Below, piece after piece: positions 46,221 to 55,653 of a DNA stretch of 64,000 bases. The DNA lies in the NCBI GenBank assembly GCA_964389325.1, contig CAYMEN010000005.1:31672-95671 (forward strand), in the 5' to 3' direction. How positions within the stretch are numbered: position 1 is the first letter of the stretch; each line of letters opens with the position of its first letter. The notes beneath the pieces were generated by a model. That model saw nothing but the letters and a program-made list of their open reading frames with translations, was not told the origin of the DNA and did no database searches. Source of the DNA: an uncultured bacterium. Its GTDB lineage: Bacteria > Muiribacteriota > Ozemobacteria > Ozemobacterales > Ozemobacteraceae. Position numbers and translations under genes: made by a program.

Positions 46221-47083
46221 TCCCAGAGAACTCCCCGTTCACCCAATGCCTGGAGCGCCAAGGCTACATGCACAACATTCAGACGCTCCCCCGCCATCAA
46301 GGACATTTTTTCTTCAAGGCGTGCGCATGTTGCCCCGGCAATTGGACGATGGCACCTTCTGAGTGCGAGAGAAGACAATGCCAGGGCATAAGGTGACTCT
46401 TCGGTCGCCGAAGCATCTTCAAGGAATTTCAGGGAGGAGGTAATGGAATGTTCCGATACCCTCCCATACAAGGCCAGAAGAGCGAGAGCCGTGGTGTCGA
46501 CGAAAGGGATCAGCTCCTGGCCGTAGACACTTTTATTTCCGTAGTTCCAGCCCCCACAAGGGATTTGCCTGTCAATCAATACTCTTCGTCCTTCTTCAGC
46601 TCTGGGATGCTCTCCTTTCCCAGCCGCTTCAAGCGCAAGCACTCCCCAGGCCGTAGGCTCAACCCAGGAAAAAGCCCCTGTTCCCCATGGCCAGCCTACG
46701 AGCGAACCATCGAGGTCGTTAATTTTCGTGTTGTTGACGGTTATCGAGACAAACGAGAGGAGAAAATCAACGCCGGCTGAAGCGGCTCGCGTATCTCCGG
46801 CTTTTGCCATTGCGATGATGTAGGGGGCAGTGACCCAAAGTCCCTGATCGGGTGATTCCGATGAACATGGAAGGGAGCCGTCCTGGTTTCGCTTCCCAGA
46901 AAGCCACGTGATCGACGAGGTCAGTTCGTCCAGGTTCACTCCCCCGGCCAAACCAGCCAGAACAGCATGTACTGTCGGTTCGACGGCCGAACGTAATCCC
47001 GGAGCATAGGGAAAGCCTCCGTCGGGGAGACGCATTTTCGAAAACGATCTCCATCGACCCATCCATTCATCGGCTTTCATCAT
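46217..47083 (-). CDS. Prenyltransferase/squalene-oxidase-repeat (terpenoid-cyclase-like alpha/alpha toroid) protein
   Basis: Repeated QxxDGGW-like motifs (RLPDGGFPY, RNQDGSLP, QIPCGGWNY). Overlaps the DUF362 gene by 4 nt. Confidence 0.55.
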   Translation of the reverse strand: MMKADEWMGRWRSFSKMRLPDGGFPYAPGLRSAVEPTVHAVLAGLAGGVNLDELTSSITWLSGKRNQDGSLPCSSESPDQGLWVTAPYIIAMAKAGDTRAASAGVDFLLSFVSITVNNTKINDLDGSLVGWPWGTGAFSWVEPTAWGVLALEAAGKGEHPRAEEGRRVLIDRQIPCGGWNYGNKSVYGQELIPFVDTTALALLALYGRVSEHSITSSLKFLEDASATEESPYALALSSLALRRCHRPIAGATCARLEEKMSLMAGERLNVVHVALALQALGERGVLWE

Positions 47084-47216
47084 TATTCCAGTTTCCCCGG
47101 AGAGAGTATATCACACAGGAGAACCAATCCCGGAAAGGAGTTCCGTTCGTGGGGAATCAGTTTGCCAAATTGGATGAGAATTCTGGTAGAATACTCCGAA
47201 GACCTAGAAAACAAAT

Positions 47217-47232
47217 TGGCATGAGGTTTGCT
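47217..47232 (+). promoter_or_regulatory. Sigma54-type promoter TGGCAT-N5-TTGCT upstream of second flp
   Basis: Same architecture, 22 nt upstream of ATG 47255. Confidence 0.5.
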
Positions 47233-47254
47233 GTTTAACAGGGGGGGGATTTAT

Positions 47255-47464
47255 ATGAACAGATACTGTCTTCATAGGCTCAATCGCCGATCGGGCCAGG
47301 GTCTCGTGGAATATACTCTTGTCATAAGCCTGGTGGCGATTGCATTGCTCGTCGTCCTCTCCCTCGTCGGGCAGCTCATCCGCGATAATTATCTCGGAAA
47401 CTTTCAGCGGGTGGCCGACTCCGTTCTTCCGTCCACTTCTTCGCCGCCCCCCTCCGGAGGTTGA
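47255..47464 (+). CDS. flp: Flp-family pilin (second copy)
   Basis: GQGLVEYTLVISLVAIALLVVLSLVG. G-rich RBS. Sigma54-type promoter upstream. Confidence 0.75.
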   Translation: MNRYCLHRLNRRSGQGLVEYTLVISLVAIALLVVLSLVGQLIRDNYLGNFQRVADSVLPSTSSPPPSGG

Positions 47465-47564
47465 GCGTTCACAGGCGTTATCCCTTTCATGACGATGAAA
47501 GGGGCTTGACACCCCCCGGCCCCGGTACTAGAATCGAGGTCAATTTCTGGGGGGAATTTTTTTT

Positions 47565-48515
47565 GTGAAAATTATCAAGATTATCTCCGTTCTCGTGATC
47601 ATCGCCTCCGTCATCGCCCTCGGCATTTTTGCGGGCAAGCAGATGTTCCGCATGCTGGAAGAGAAAAGCCAGACGCCATCTGCATCGGCACCGCCCTCCC
47701 TGGACACGCCCGCCACAACGGCGCAGTCATCCGCGCCACCCGCGGCCGAGACGGGGAGCACATCCCCGGAAATCGTGCTGACGGCTTCATCCGCAATCAC
47801 CCCATCCGCCGGTGGTACGTCCGTATCCCCAGCACCAGCCCGTCCTGCCGGAAGTTCCGCCCCGGCAACGGTCTCAGAAAAACCTCTTCTCGGAAACGAG
47901 GTTGCATACGCGCTGACGAACGGCGTGAAGGTTCGTGAAGAGGCCACCACCGAGTCGAAAGAGCTGATGCGGGTCAACCAGGGGACGAAGGGTTTCGTCC
48001 TCGAGCACAGGAACGGGTGGACGAAAATCAAATGGGACTTCAACAAGAAGATCGGCTGGACCCGCGACGATCTTGTACTCATGGGGCCCCAGGAAGTCCT
48101 CTCGACGATGGTCGACCATAACGGGAAACTGATCAGCGACCAGAGCGTCGCAAGCATGACGGCTTCCGCCGTTGCCAGTATGACAGCTTCGCGGATCCAG
48201 GCGGCAGCGAAAAAAGCCAAGACCATCGCGATGACCGTCAGCACCGCCGTTGCAAAACCGGCGGCTCCGGCTGACACGGTGAAGGGCTACGTGGCCGGCG
48301 GCAAACTTCCCGAAGAGGGAACGATCGTCGCCGATCCCCTCGCGAAAGTCCGGAGCAGCCCCGACGTGAAGTCTCAGCTGATCGGGAAGGTTCCGAAGGG
48401 CCTCACCGTGAAGGTCCTGTCCGCCCAGCAGGCCGGGAAATACATGTGGTTCCGCATTTCCTACAACAACGGCAGAAAAGAGGGCTGGACGCGGGAGGAC
48501 AACCTCCAGTTCTGA
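47565..48515 (+). CDS. Membrane-anchored protein with two SH3b (bacterial SH3-like) domains
   Basis: GTG start. N-terminal TM, Ala/Pro/Ser linker, two SH3b-like units (..GTKGFVLEHRNGWTKIKW.., ..KVLSAQQAGKYMWFRISYNNGRKEGWTRE). Confidence 0.55.
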   Translation: MKIIKIISVLVIIASVIALGIFAGKQMFRMLEEKSQTPSASAPPSLDTPATTAQSSAPPAAETGSTSPEIVLTASSAITPSAGGTSVSPAPARPAGSSAPATVSEKPLLGNEVAYALTNGVKVREEATTESKELMRVNQGTKGFVLEHRNGWTKIKWDFNKKIGWTRDDLVLMGPQEVLSTMVDHNGKLISDQSVASMTASAVASMTASRIQAAAKKAKTIAMTVSTAVAKPAAPADTVKGYVAGGKLPEEGTIVADPLAKVRSSPDVKSQLIGKVPKGLTVKVLSAQQAGKYMWFRISYNNGRKEGWTREDNLQF

Positions 48516-49346
48516 TCAGGGCTCGGCGCCACCTTCTCCGAGGACGATCCCACGCCATTCCCAGCCGCCCGGAATACGGTGGATGGCGAACTGGACGTTT
48601 TTGAATCCGCCTTCCATCTCGGTCCAGCCGTGGGTGTTCGCATACAGCACCTGTTCATCAGCCTTTTTGCTGAGCGACGCGATTTCCGCTTCATTCGACC
48701 AGGAAATCCGGGCTTCCCGATGCTTCGCCAGGAACGCGATCAGATCTTCGCGCGCGGTCGGCTCGAGTTCGCTCTGCCACCACCCGACGTAGATATCCGT
48801 CGCGGCAAGAAGGGTCTCGAGGTGTGACGTTCCGCTCGCTGCAACCGCCGCCACGATCTCCCGGGCAAGATTGACGGCGTCTGGTCGAGACCAGGGGCGC
48901 TTCCCGCCGCTGCGAATCCATTCGAGCTTTCCCTGGATCACGTCGCGGAAGGTTTTCTGGCCGTCTTCATCGGCGATCTGGGTGCCAAACTCGTTATCGA
49001 TGCGCTCGTACCATGGCCGGGCAGCTTCGAGATCGCCGATCTCGCACAGGTGGTTGGCGAGGGCCAGCATGAGCTGAGGAATGTTGACGAGAGCCGTCGA
49101 CGTCTTGTCGTTCAGGGTTCCGGTCAGAATCGACTCGGCCTCTGAAGCCTGGCCGCGCGCGAGGGCATCGTAGAACCCGTTTTCGATGACGGTCGTGACA
49201 TCCTGGGATTCCTGCGTGGGATCATCCGGTGCATCCTGACCGAAGACGGGAGCCAGGAACGCCGTTCCGACGGCGAACGCCCCCGCGAGGGCAGCTGTCC
49301 GCCAGGGCTGGCCCACAAACGTTCTCAGAGACATATCAAAAGACAT
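48516..49346 (-). CDS. Secreted hypothetical protein
   Basis: Signal peptide MSFDMSLRTFVGQPWRTAALAGAFAVGTAFLAPVFG. GGAGG RBS. Start at internal Met 49346. Confidence 0.5.
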   Translation of the reverse strand: MSFDMSLRTFVGQPWRTAALAGAFAVGTAFLAPVFGQDAPDDPTQESQDVTTVIENGFYDALARGQASEAESILTGTLNDKTSTALVNIPQLMLALANHLCEIGDLEAARPWYERIDNEFGTQIADEDGQKTFRDVIQGKLEWIRSGGKRPWSRPDAVNLAREIVAAVAASGTSHLETLLAATDIYVGWWQSELEPTAREDLIAFLAKHREARISWSNEAEIASLSKKADEQVLYANTHGWTEMEGGFKNVQFAIHRIPGGWEWRGIVLGEGGAEP

Positions 49347-49428
49347 ACACCTCTCCTCCGAACCCCCTTCTTGGGGATCGGCCGGCGCCATATTACCCGT
49401 GCTGTTCGGGCCTGTCAAAGTATTTCGC

Positions 49429-51657
49429 TCACGGTGTGCGATATGCCTGCCAAATGCTCGAGAAGGTGTCGCTCCAGGCGAATCCGGGGGGTCCGGCCTT
49501 CGTCGCTCGCCAGGCGGAGTCACGCGCCAGCTGCCCGAAATGCTCTTTTTTCGATGCGATCAGCATCCATTTCGAGCCGAAGACATACCGCACATCCGAT
49601 TCGTAATGCAGGGCCTCATCGTCACCCGGGTCGTAGAAGGCCGTCATCGAAACCAGCCGATGGCGTTCGGCAACGGCTCCGAGAACCGGTTCGAGATCGA
49701 GATACCGGTTGGAGATATGGAACAGGAGGAGGCCGGACGGCGACAGTTTTCTCATGTACAGGCCGATCGCTTCGCGTGTCAGCAGATGCATCGGAATCGC
49801 ATCCGAGGAATAGGCGTCGAGAATGATCAGATCATACGCGCCATCCGGGGCTTTTTCCAGGTTCACTCTCGCATCGCCCGTGACGATGCGCGTTCGCGCG
49901 GCGGTATCGTGAAGGAAACTGAACAGGTCGGGATTCTGGGCGATCCGGACGATAAGCGGATCGATCTCGTAAAAATCGAACTTCTGCCAGGGTCGGCCGT
50001 AGGCGGCGATTCCGCCGGTCCCGAGGCCGACCACGGCCACCCGTCCGGCACGTCTTCCGATGGCCATTTCCCGGAACACCCTGCCGACCGGGCTCTCGCG
50101 GGAATAGTAGAACATCGGCACGTTCCGTCTGCCGGCCTCGCGAAGCTGCCCGCCGTGATGGATGTTCCCGTGCTGGAGGAGATGGTATCTGCCGCCGCCG
50201 GTCTCGACGACCTGGAATGCGCCGTAGAAACTTCGGGCGCGCAGAATCGTCGTCTGGTCGTGAACTGCCGGCCCGGCGCCGCCGATGATGCCGACGGCGA
50301 AGACGGCACCCCAGAACGCCGGCTGCCGCAACGCCATCGCCGTCATCACGAGACCGCTCGCGATGGGCATGAAACGGACACCTGCCGATGGCGCCACTCC
50401 GAATGATCCGATATTATAGAGATATATATAGATCATGGACACCCCGACGCCGATGAACAGGGTTCGCGAAAACGATCGTTCTTCCGAACGAATCCGTGAC
50501 GCGGGAAAGAGCAGTGCCGCGGCGACGAGCATCAGGGGATACTCGCTGATATCGGAAAACAGGAAGGGGGCGAGGATGCCGTTGAACACCCCTCCGGCGG
50601 CGCCCCCTGCGGCGAGGGTCAGGTAGAACGTCGTGAGCCGGCCGGCCGGCGGGCGGGTGGAGGCCAGCATGCCGTGGAACGCCAGGCACGTCGCGAAGAA
50701 CGCGGCCAGATGGACGATGAGCCGGATGAAAATCGGGCCCGACCCGCCCAGCAGGAACACGGGGAGAAGAACGGCGTATGCGACCGGCATGCAGATGAGA
50801 ACCGGCCAGGATGCCGACCGGATGCCCGGCGCGAAGACGATCACGAAGGACAGCAGATACACGGCGAGGGGAACGACCCAGAACAGCGGCAGAGGCGCGA
50901 CATCCGTCGTGATATGCGTCGTCATCCCCGCGAGAAGACTCGCTGGAACGGCGCTCCAGACGAACCACATCCATCCCGGGCAGGATTCCGCCGTTTCACC
51001 CCGATCAGGCTCGCAGGCACCGGGGCGGTCCGTGCGGAAGGCTGGCGGCGCAGCCGCCATGGCAAGCATGCAGGCGAAGACGGACAGGATGAAGGTAACA
51101 AAGCCGATGCTCCACCAGCGGGCCTGGACGGCGAGCGGGAAAGAAGGCTCGATGACGAACGGATAAGCGAGCAACGCGGCGAAACTTCCTATATTGCTTG
51201 CACTATACAAAGGATACGGGTCCGTGCGACTGTCGCCGCGGGCGACGAGAAACCAGCCCTGAAGGAGAGGCGCCGTCGCCGCCAGAACGATGCACGGCAG
51301 GCCGAGCGTCCGCATCAGCCGGAACACCAGGATCCACTCCGGCCGTGCGGCACCTCCCCCACCGTCCACGGTCTCCTGAAGGCGGGCGATATCGAGCGGG
51401 AGCAGGGGCAGGACCCCAAGCAGCAGCAGGAGATGCACCGGCGCGCCCCGTTGCGGGCCAACTTCTGCGATTCCAAGGTGAGCGTAGCCGTATCCGGCGA
51501 GCAGTGCCGTCTGGAAAAACGCGAGGCAGACGGCCCAGACGGCTGGAGCCCCGCCGAAGGCCGGCAGGAGGGCCTTCCCGGCCATCGGCTGGACCAGGAA
51601 CGTCAGGAAGGCTCCGAGCCCGCTCGTGATCGCGAAGAGAAGCACGACCGGTCTCAT
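49429..51657 (-). CDS. Fused polytopic membrane domain + spermidine-synthase-like (polyamine aminopropyltransferase fold) protein
   Basis: ~450-aa N-terminal TM-rich domain. C-terminal GRVAVVGLGTGGIA..YEIDPLIV..LIILDAYSSDAIP matches the spermidine synthase fold. Confidence 0.7.
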   Translation of the reverse strand: MRPVVLLFAITSGLGAFLTFLVQPMAGKALLPAFGGAPAVWAVCLAFFQTALLAGYGYAHLGIAEVGPQRGAPVHLLLLLGVLPLLPLDIARLQETVDGGGGAARPEWILVFRLMRTLGLPCIVLAATAPLLQGWFLVARGDSRTDPYPLYSASNIGSFAALLAYPFVIEPSFPLAVQARWWSIGFVTFILSVFACMLAMAAAPPAFRTDRPGACEPDRGETAESCPGWMWFVWSAVPASLLAGMTTHITTDVAPLPLFWVVPLAVYLLSFVIVFAPGIRSASWPVLICMPVAYAVLLPVFLLGGSGPIFIRLIVHLAAFFATCLAFHGMLASTRPPAGRLTTFYLTLAAGGAAGGVFNGILAPFLFSDISEYPLMLVAAALLFPASRIRSEERSFSRTLFIGVGVSMIYIYLYNIGSFGVAPSAGVRFMPIASGLVMTAMALRQPAFWGAVFAVGIIGGAGPAVHDQTTILRARSFYGAFQVVETGGGRYHLLQHGNIHHGGQLREAGRRNVPMFYYSRESPVGRVFREMAIGRRAGRVAVVGLGTGGIAAYGRPWQKFDFYEIDPLIVRIAQNPDLFSFLHDTAARTRIVTGDARVNLEKAPDGAYDLIILDAYSSDAIPMHLLTREAIGLYMRKLSPSGLLLFHISNRYLDLEPVLGAVAERHRLVSMTAFYDPGDDEALHYESDVRYVFGSKWMLIASKKEHFGQLARDSAWRATKAGPPGFAWSDTFSSIWQAYRTP

Positions 51658-51708
51658 GACGGCGCCCCCACCAATTTCACACGATGCCGGAAGCAGGGGA
51701 GCCGATGA

Positions 51709-52446
51709 TCACCGGGAAAAAACCCATGCATCGTAGGGGGACTTCACGCCGTACGACGAGCGTATCGCGTCGAGGCGCTGAACGACGAACGATACCGAGA
51801 CCTTCCCCCGCTTGAGGCGGAATTTTTCGAGGCCCCACGGCGTGTTGGGAACGGAGCGCCGGAAAAAGAACTTCCCCTCGACGGGAGGCTTGCCGGGACG
51901 CGTGACCGTGACTTCCCGCTTTTTCCCGCGCTCCTTCGTCGTGGTGGAAAGGTGCATCCTGATGCGGTTGATCTCGATCGAGTCCGCCGGCTTCGGTTCG
52001 AAATCGGACCGCCGGAGTTCAGAGAGCAGCAGCAGAAAATCCTTGGCTGCTTCCTGGTGCGACGGTTCGAACCCCTCGAACCGCGAGTAGATTTCCGACG
52101 TCCTGCTGATGACGGCGTCTGCCCGGCGGCCCGTTTCGTTCACCCTGAACGCGTAGTAGGTTCGCGCCTTCTCGGGATCCTGGACGCAGGCGTGAAAGAT
52201 CACCTGGTTCTGGCCGTCACCGAGCCCCTGGAAATACCCGATCGCGCAGCCGAGGCGCTCGGAAGCCTGCTTCACCGACCCGCGATACTGCGCGTTGATC
52301 TCGAACGCCTCCCATTCACCGGCCGCCGAAATAGTATTCGGTTCAATACATATCAGGCAGAGCAGAAGAGCGATAAATTTCACCAACCCGCTACAGGAGC
52401 GTTTTCTCAACGTCCCTCCGTTGTCCGTCACGACGCATTTTGTCAT
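51709..52446 (-). CDS. Hypothetical secreted protein
   Basis: ORF with hydrophobic N-terminal segment (LVKFIALLLCLICI). No recognisable domain. Confidence 0.45.
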   Translation of the reverse strand: MTKCVVTDNGGTLRKRSCSGLVKFIALLLCLICIEPNTISAAGEWEAFEINAQYRGSVKQASERLGCAIGYFQGLGDGQNQVIFHACVQDPEKARTYYAFRVNETGRRADAVISRTSEIYSRFEGFEPSHQEAAKDFLLLLSELRRSDFEPKPADSIEINRIRMHLSTTTKERGKKREVTVTRPGKPPVEGKFFFRRSVPNTPWGLEKFRLKRGKVSVSFVVQRLDAIRSSYGVKSPYDAWVFSR

Positions 52447-52576
52447 TCGATACCTCCCGGGCCGTTCGATGTTCGCACGTCTCTCTTCCGGCCGACCACA
52501 CGATTACTTTACCACAGGGCAGACGCAGACGTTTTTCAGCTGGAAAATTCCACCATGCATCGGATATAGTAATCAC

Positions 52577-53125
52577 ATGTTGAAAGCTCTCCGGACTCCT
52601 CTTCATGCCGTTTCCAGGCGCGCAAATGGCGCCCGCCGGGGCCTGTCGCTGATCGAGATGATCATCGTCGTCTCGGTCATTTCGATTCTCGCCCTGATGG
52701 CCCTTCCGACCGTCGAGCTGTTCGACATGAAGACCCGGGAACGCTTGCTCCGCGATCGCCTGTACGACATGCGTCTCGCGATCGACCGGTACAGGAACGC
52801 CCGCATGGACAACCTGCCGCCGAAATCCATCCGGACGCTCCTGGACGTCATCCCCGAGGCCGAAACCCGCTCCCGCGCGACCGAAGGGCCGTTTCTCACG
52901 CTCGGCCAGACACAGAACCCGTTCACGCCGAACGACGATATGTTCCGGTGGGACCTTCGGTTCGTAGCCACCTCGCCGGCGGCAAGCACATGGGTAACGA
53001 ACGTCGCCAGCATCGAGCACCAACTGACCAACGCGCGCGTGTTCGATATCCGGTTTCCGGCAGATAAGTCTTTCATCGGCGGCTGGGAGACCGGGTTTGA
53101 CGATACGCTCTTCAAAGACTGGTGA
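52577..53125 (+). CDS. Prepilin-type N-terminal domain protein (type IV pilin/pseudopilin-like)
   Basis: RRG-LSLIEMIIVVSVISILALMALP motif. Confidence 0.65.
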   Translation: MLKALRTPLHAVSRRANGARRGLSLIEMIIVVSVISILALMALPTVELFDMKTRERLLRDRLYDMRLAIDRYRNARMDNLPPKSIRTLLDVIPEAETRSRATEGPFLTLGQTQNPFTPNDDMFRWDLRFVATSPAASTWVTNVASIEHQLTNARVFDIRFPADKSFIGGWETGFDDTLFKDW

Positions 53126-53145
53126 AACAAGTAGGGGAATATATA

Positions 53146-53562
53146 ATGTTTATTTTATACAACAGATTTGCCGTCGGTTCATACGCATGTCGTTCGGAAC
53201 ATTCCGGCTTTTCGCTCGTCGAGCTTCTCATCGTCGTCGGCGTCATGGCGGCGCTCGTCGGCCTGGCGATGCCGTTCTATACCGATTACGTCGCCCAGAG
53301 CGAAGTCGCCGTCATGAAGACGAATCTCAAGGCCCTGCGCAAGGCGCTGATGGAGTATCGCACCGATCACGGAAGATACCCCAACACGGCCGATGTCGGC
53401 ATCCTCGCAACGACGACGCTCGGCAAGGGGTATCTCCTCGACTTCCCGAAAGATCCGATGAAAGAGCACCAGTCGATCGCAACGTGGGGCTACAAGTATC
53501 CTCCGACAAGCGGGACCGAGTATGAGCTCGATCCAGTCTACAACAGCGTGATCAACGAGTGA
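53146..53562 (+). CDS. Type IV pilin / GspG-like major pseudopilin
   Basis: G-FSLVELLIVVGVMAALVGLAMPFYTDY. AGGGGAA RBS before ATG 53146. Confidence 0.7.
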   Translation: MFILYNRFAVGSYACRSEHSGFSLVELLIVVGVMAALVGLAMPFYTDYVAQSEVAVMKTNLKALRKALMEYRTDHGRYPNTADVGILATTTLGKGYLLDFPKDPMKEHQSIATWGYKYPPTSGTEYELDPVYNSVINE

Positions 53563-53563
53563 C

Positions 53564-54829
53564 TCACGTTCTGAACCCGGCGACTCGGGAAAGAAACGTC
53601 TTGGGAAGATCCGCGCGAAGCTGAACCGCCCCTTCCAGCCATTCTTCCCTGAGAATCCGGCCCAGGAGCCTGATGTCCTTCAGGATCGGCGTGCTCGAAG
53701 GCACCGTGAGTTCGACCGTCTCGAACGATGCCCGCATCTTTTCCTCCATCGCCCGCCTGAGTTCCTCGAGATTTTCTCCGGTTCGGGCCGAGAGGAAGAT
53801 CGCGCCGGGGAACATCGCGGAGAGAGCCTCGCGGTTGTGGGGAACGCCTCGGTCGATCTTGTTGAAAACGATGATCCGATCGGGGTCTTCGAGCTCCATT
53901 TCCTGAAGCACGCGTTCGACGGCGGCCAGATGGTCGCGCGCCTGGACGTTCGACACGTCGCAGACGTGGATCAGGACCTGCGAATGCCGGACGCTCTCGA
54001 GGGTGGCGCGGAATGCCTGCACGAGTCCGTGCGGGAGTTTTCTGATGAAGCCGACCGTGTCGGAGAGGATGCCCCGGAGGCCGCCGGCCAGCTCGACGCG
54101 GCGCGCCGTCGGATCGAGGGTCGTGAACAGCCCGTCGCAGACCCGGACGGCCGAGCCGCTCAGGGCGTTGAGAAGGGTCGATTTGCCGGCGTTCGTGTAG
54201 CCGACCAGCGCGAACAGCGGCGCATACCGGTCGGTGCGCTTGCGGCGCTGGAGATCGCGATCCTGCACGACCTTGTCGAGCTCGTCGTTCAGTCGCTTGA
54301 GCCGCATTTTCAGAACGCGCCGATCGGTCTCGATCTTGGTCTCGCCCGGCCCTTTCAGGCCGATGCCGCCGCGCTGTCTCGACATCCCTTTGTATCCGCC
54401 GGCCAGCCTGAGCAGTGAATACTGGACGGCGGCCAGCTCGACCTGCAGTTTTCCCTCGCGCGTCGAGGCGTGGGCGGAAAATATATTTAATATTATACCG
54501 GTTCGATCCAGGACCTCGCAGCCGATGCCCTCTTCGAGACGGCGCACCTGGAGCGATGTCAGCTCGTCATCCGCCACGGCCTGGACGGCGCCGGTCGATT
54601 CGATAAGTTCGGTGACCTCCTTCATCTTCCCCGTTCCCAGGTAGCTCGAGCGGTCGTACCGCTGCCGTTTCTGGACGACGGAACCGACGACGACGCCTCC
54701 TGCCGTCTTGACGAGCTCTGAAAGTTCGGCGAGAGAGTCCTCGATATCCGCGTCGGATTGTTCGGGGAGCTGGACCGCGATGGCGATGATGCCGGGTTTT
54801 TCGGGTTTTGTCGCGTGGGTGGGGCTCAT
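53564..54829 (-). CDS. hflX: GTPase HflX
   Basis: HflX N-domain, then G-domain motifs (GYTNAGKSTLLNALS, DTVGF, NKID). Confidence 0.9.
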   Translation of the reverse strand: MSPTHATKPEKPGIIAIAVQLPEQSDADIEDSLAELSELVKTAGGVVVGSVVQKRQRYDRSSYLGTGKMKEVTELIESTGAVQAVADDELTSLQVRRLEEGIGCEVLDRTGIILNIFSAHASTREGKLQVELAAVQYSLLRLAGGYKGMSRQRGGIGLKGPGETKIETDRRVLKMRLKRLNDELDKVVQDRDLQRRKRTDRYAPLFALVGYTNAGKSTLLNALSGSAVRVCDGLFTTLDPTARRVELAGGLRGILSDTVGFIRKLPHGLVQAFRATLESVRHSQVLIHVCDVSNVQARDHLAAVERVLQEMELEDPDRIIVFNKIDRGVPHNREALSAMFPGAIFLSARTGENLEELRRAMEEKMRASFETVELTVPSSTPILKDIRLLGRILREEWLEGAVQLRADLPKTFLSRVAGFRT

Positions 54830-55653
54830 CTGATGGATCTCCTGGCGCCGCAGCGGGCGCAGAAACGGCCGCGGGAATCGAGCGGAAGCGCTCCGCAGGC
54901 GTGGCAGGGCGCATCACATCCGCTTTCGGCCCTGTCGAGAACGAGAACGTGCATCCATCCCTCGCGAAGCAGGGAGATGCCGAACACGAGCATGACGGCG
55001 AGCATCGGAACGGTCGTCGACGCCGCGGACCGCATCGCGATCATGTTGAATCCTCCGTGAAGGACCGCCGAGACCAGCAGGCCGGCCAGGAACAGGCCGT
55101 ATCCGCGCCACGTCACCGCCCGCTCGCCCTCTTTCTGCTGCCGGCAAAGGGCCACAGCTGCGGCCCAGCCGGCAATGCCGGAAAACAGGACATGACCGGT
55201 CGTGCTGAGAGGAACCCTGGCAAACAGGACCTCGGTCCCGAAGAGGGAAATATAGTCCAGGCTTTCCGTCGCCGCGAAACCGAGGCCGGCGGCAAGCGCC
55301 GCGAGGAAGACGGCGGTCGAGCGGCGCATGGCGCCCATCCAGCCGGCTCCCGCCAGGGCCGCTCCGAGCTTGGCGGACTCTTCGAGACACCCGACCAGGA
55401 TGACGGCGACGCAAAAGCGCATCCAGAAATCCTCGGATTCGGCGATCACCGAGCGCAAATCGATTCCGAGGGCGACCTGTATCATCGGGTATAGAACATA
55501 CTTTATCGGATAGATCGAAAGGGCTCCGGCGACGCCTCCAGCGACGGCGGCTTCGCGGAGCGCCGGGTCGCCGAGAGCCGACCGGAACAGCCAGGCAAAG
55601 ACGGCGATCGGAAGCAGGGTGAGCAGCACGCCGCCCAGCGAGCCCGTGATCAA
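54826..55653 (-). CDS. PrsW-family intramembrane metalloprotease with C-terminal zinc-ribbon
   Basis: EESAK and HGGFN motifs within TM helices. C-terminal CHACG..CARCG. Confidence 0.7.
   Translation of the reverse strand: MITGSLGGVLLTLLPIAVFAWLFRSALGDPALREAAVAGGVAGALSIYPIKYVLYPMIQVALGIDLRSVIAESEDFWMRFCVAVILVGCLEESAKLGAALAGAGWMGAMRRSTAVFLAALAAGLGFAATESLDYISLFGTEVLFARVPLSTTGHVLFSGIAGWAAAVALCRQQKEGERAVTWRGYGLFLAGLLVSAVLHGGFNMIAMRSAASTTVPMLAVMLVFGISLLREGWMHVLVLDRAESGCDAPCHACGALPLDSRGRFCARCGARRSIR

Noticed and set aside
49399-51708. Plus-strand ORFs of 335 and 344 aa
   Set aside because: They lie antisense to the membrane/spermidine-synthase gene and are Arg/Glu-rich low complexity.
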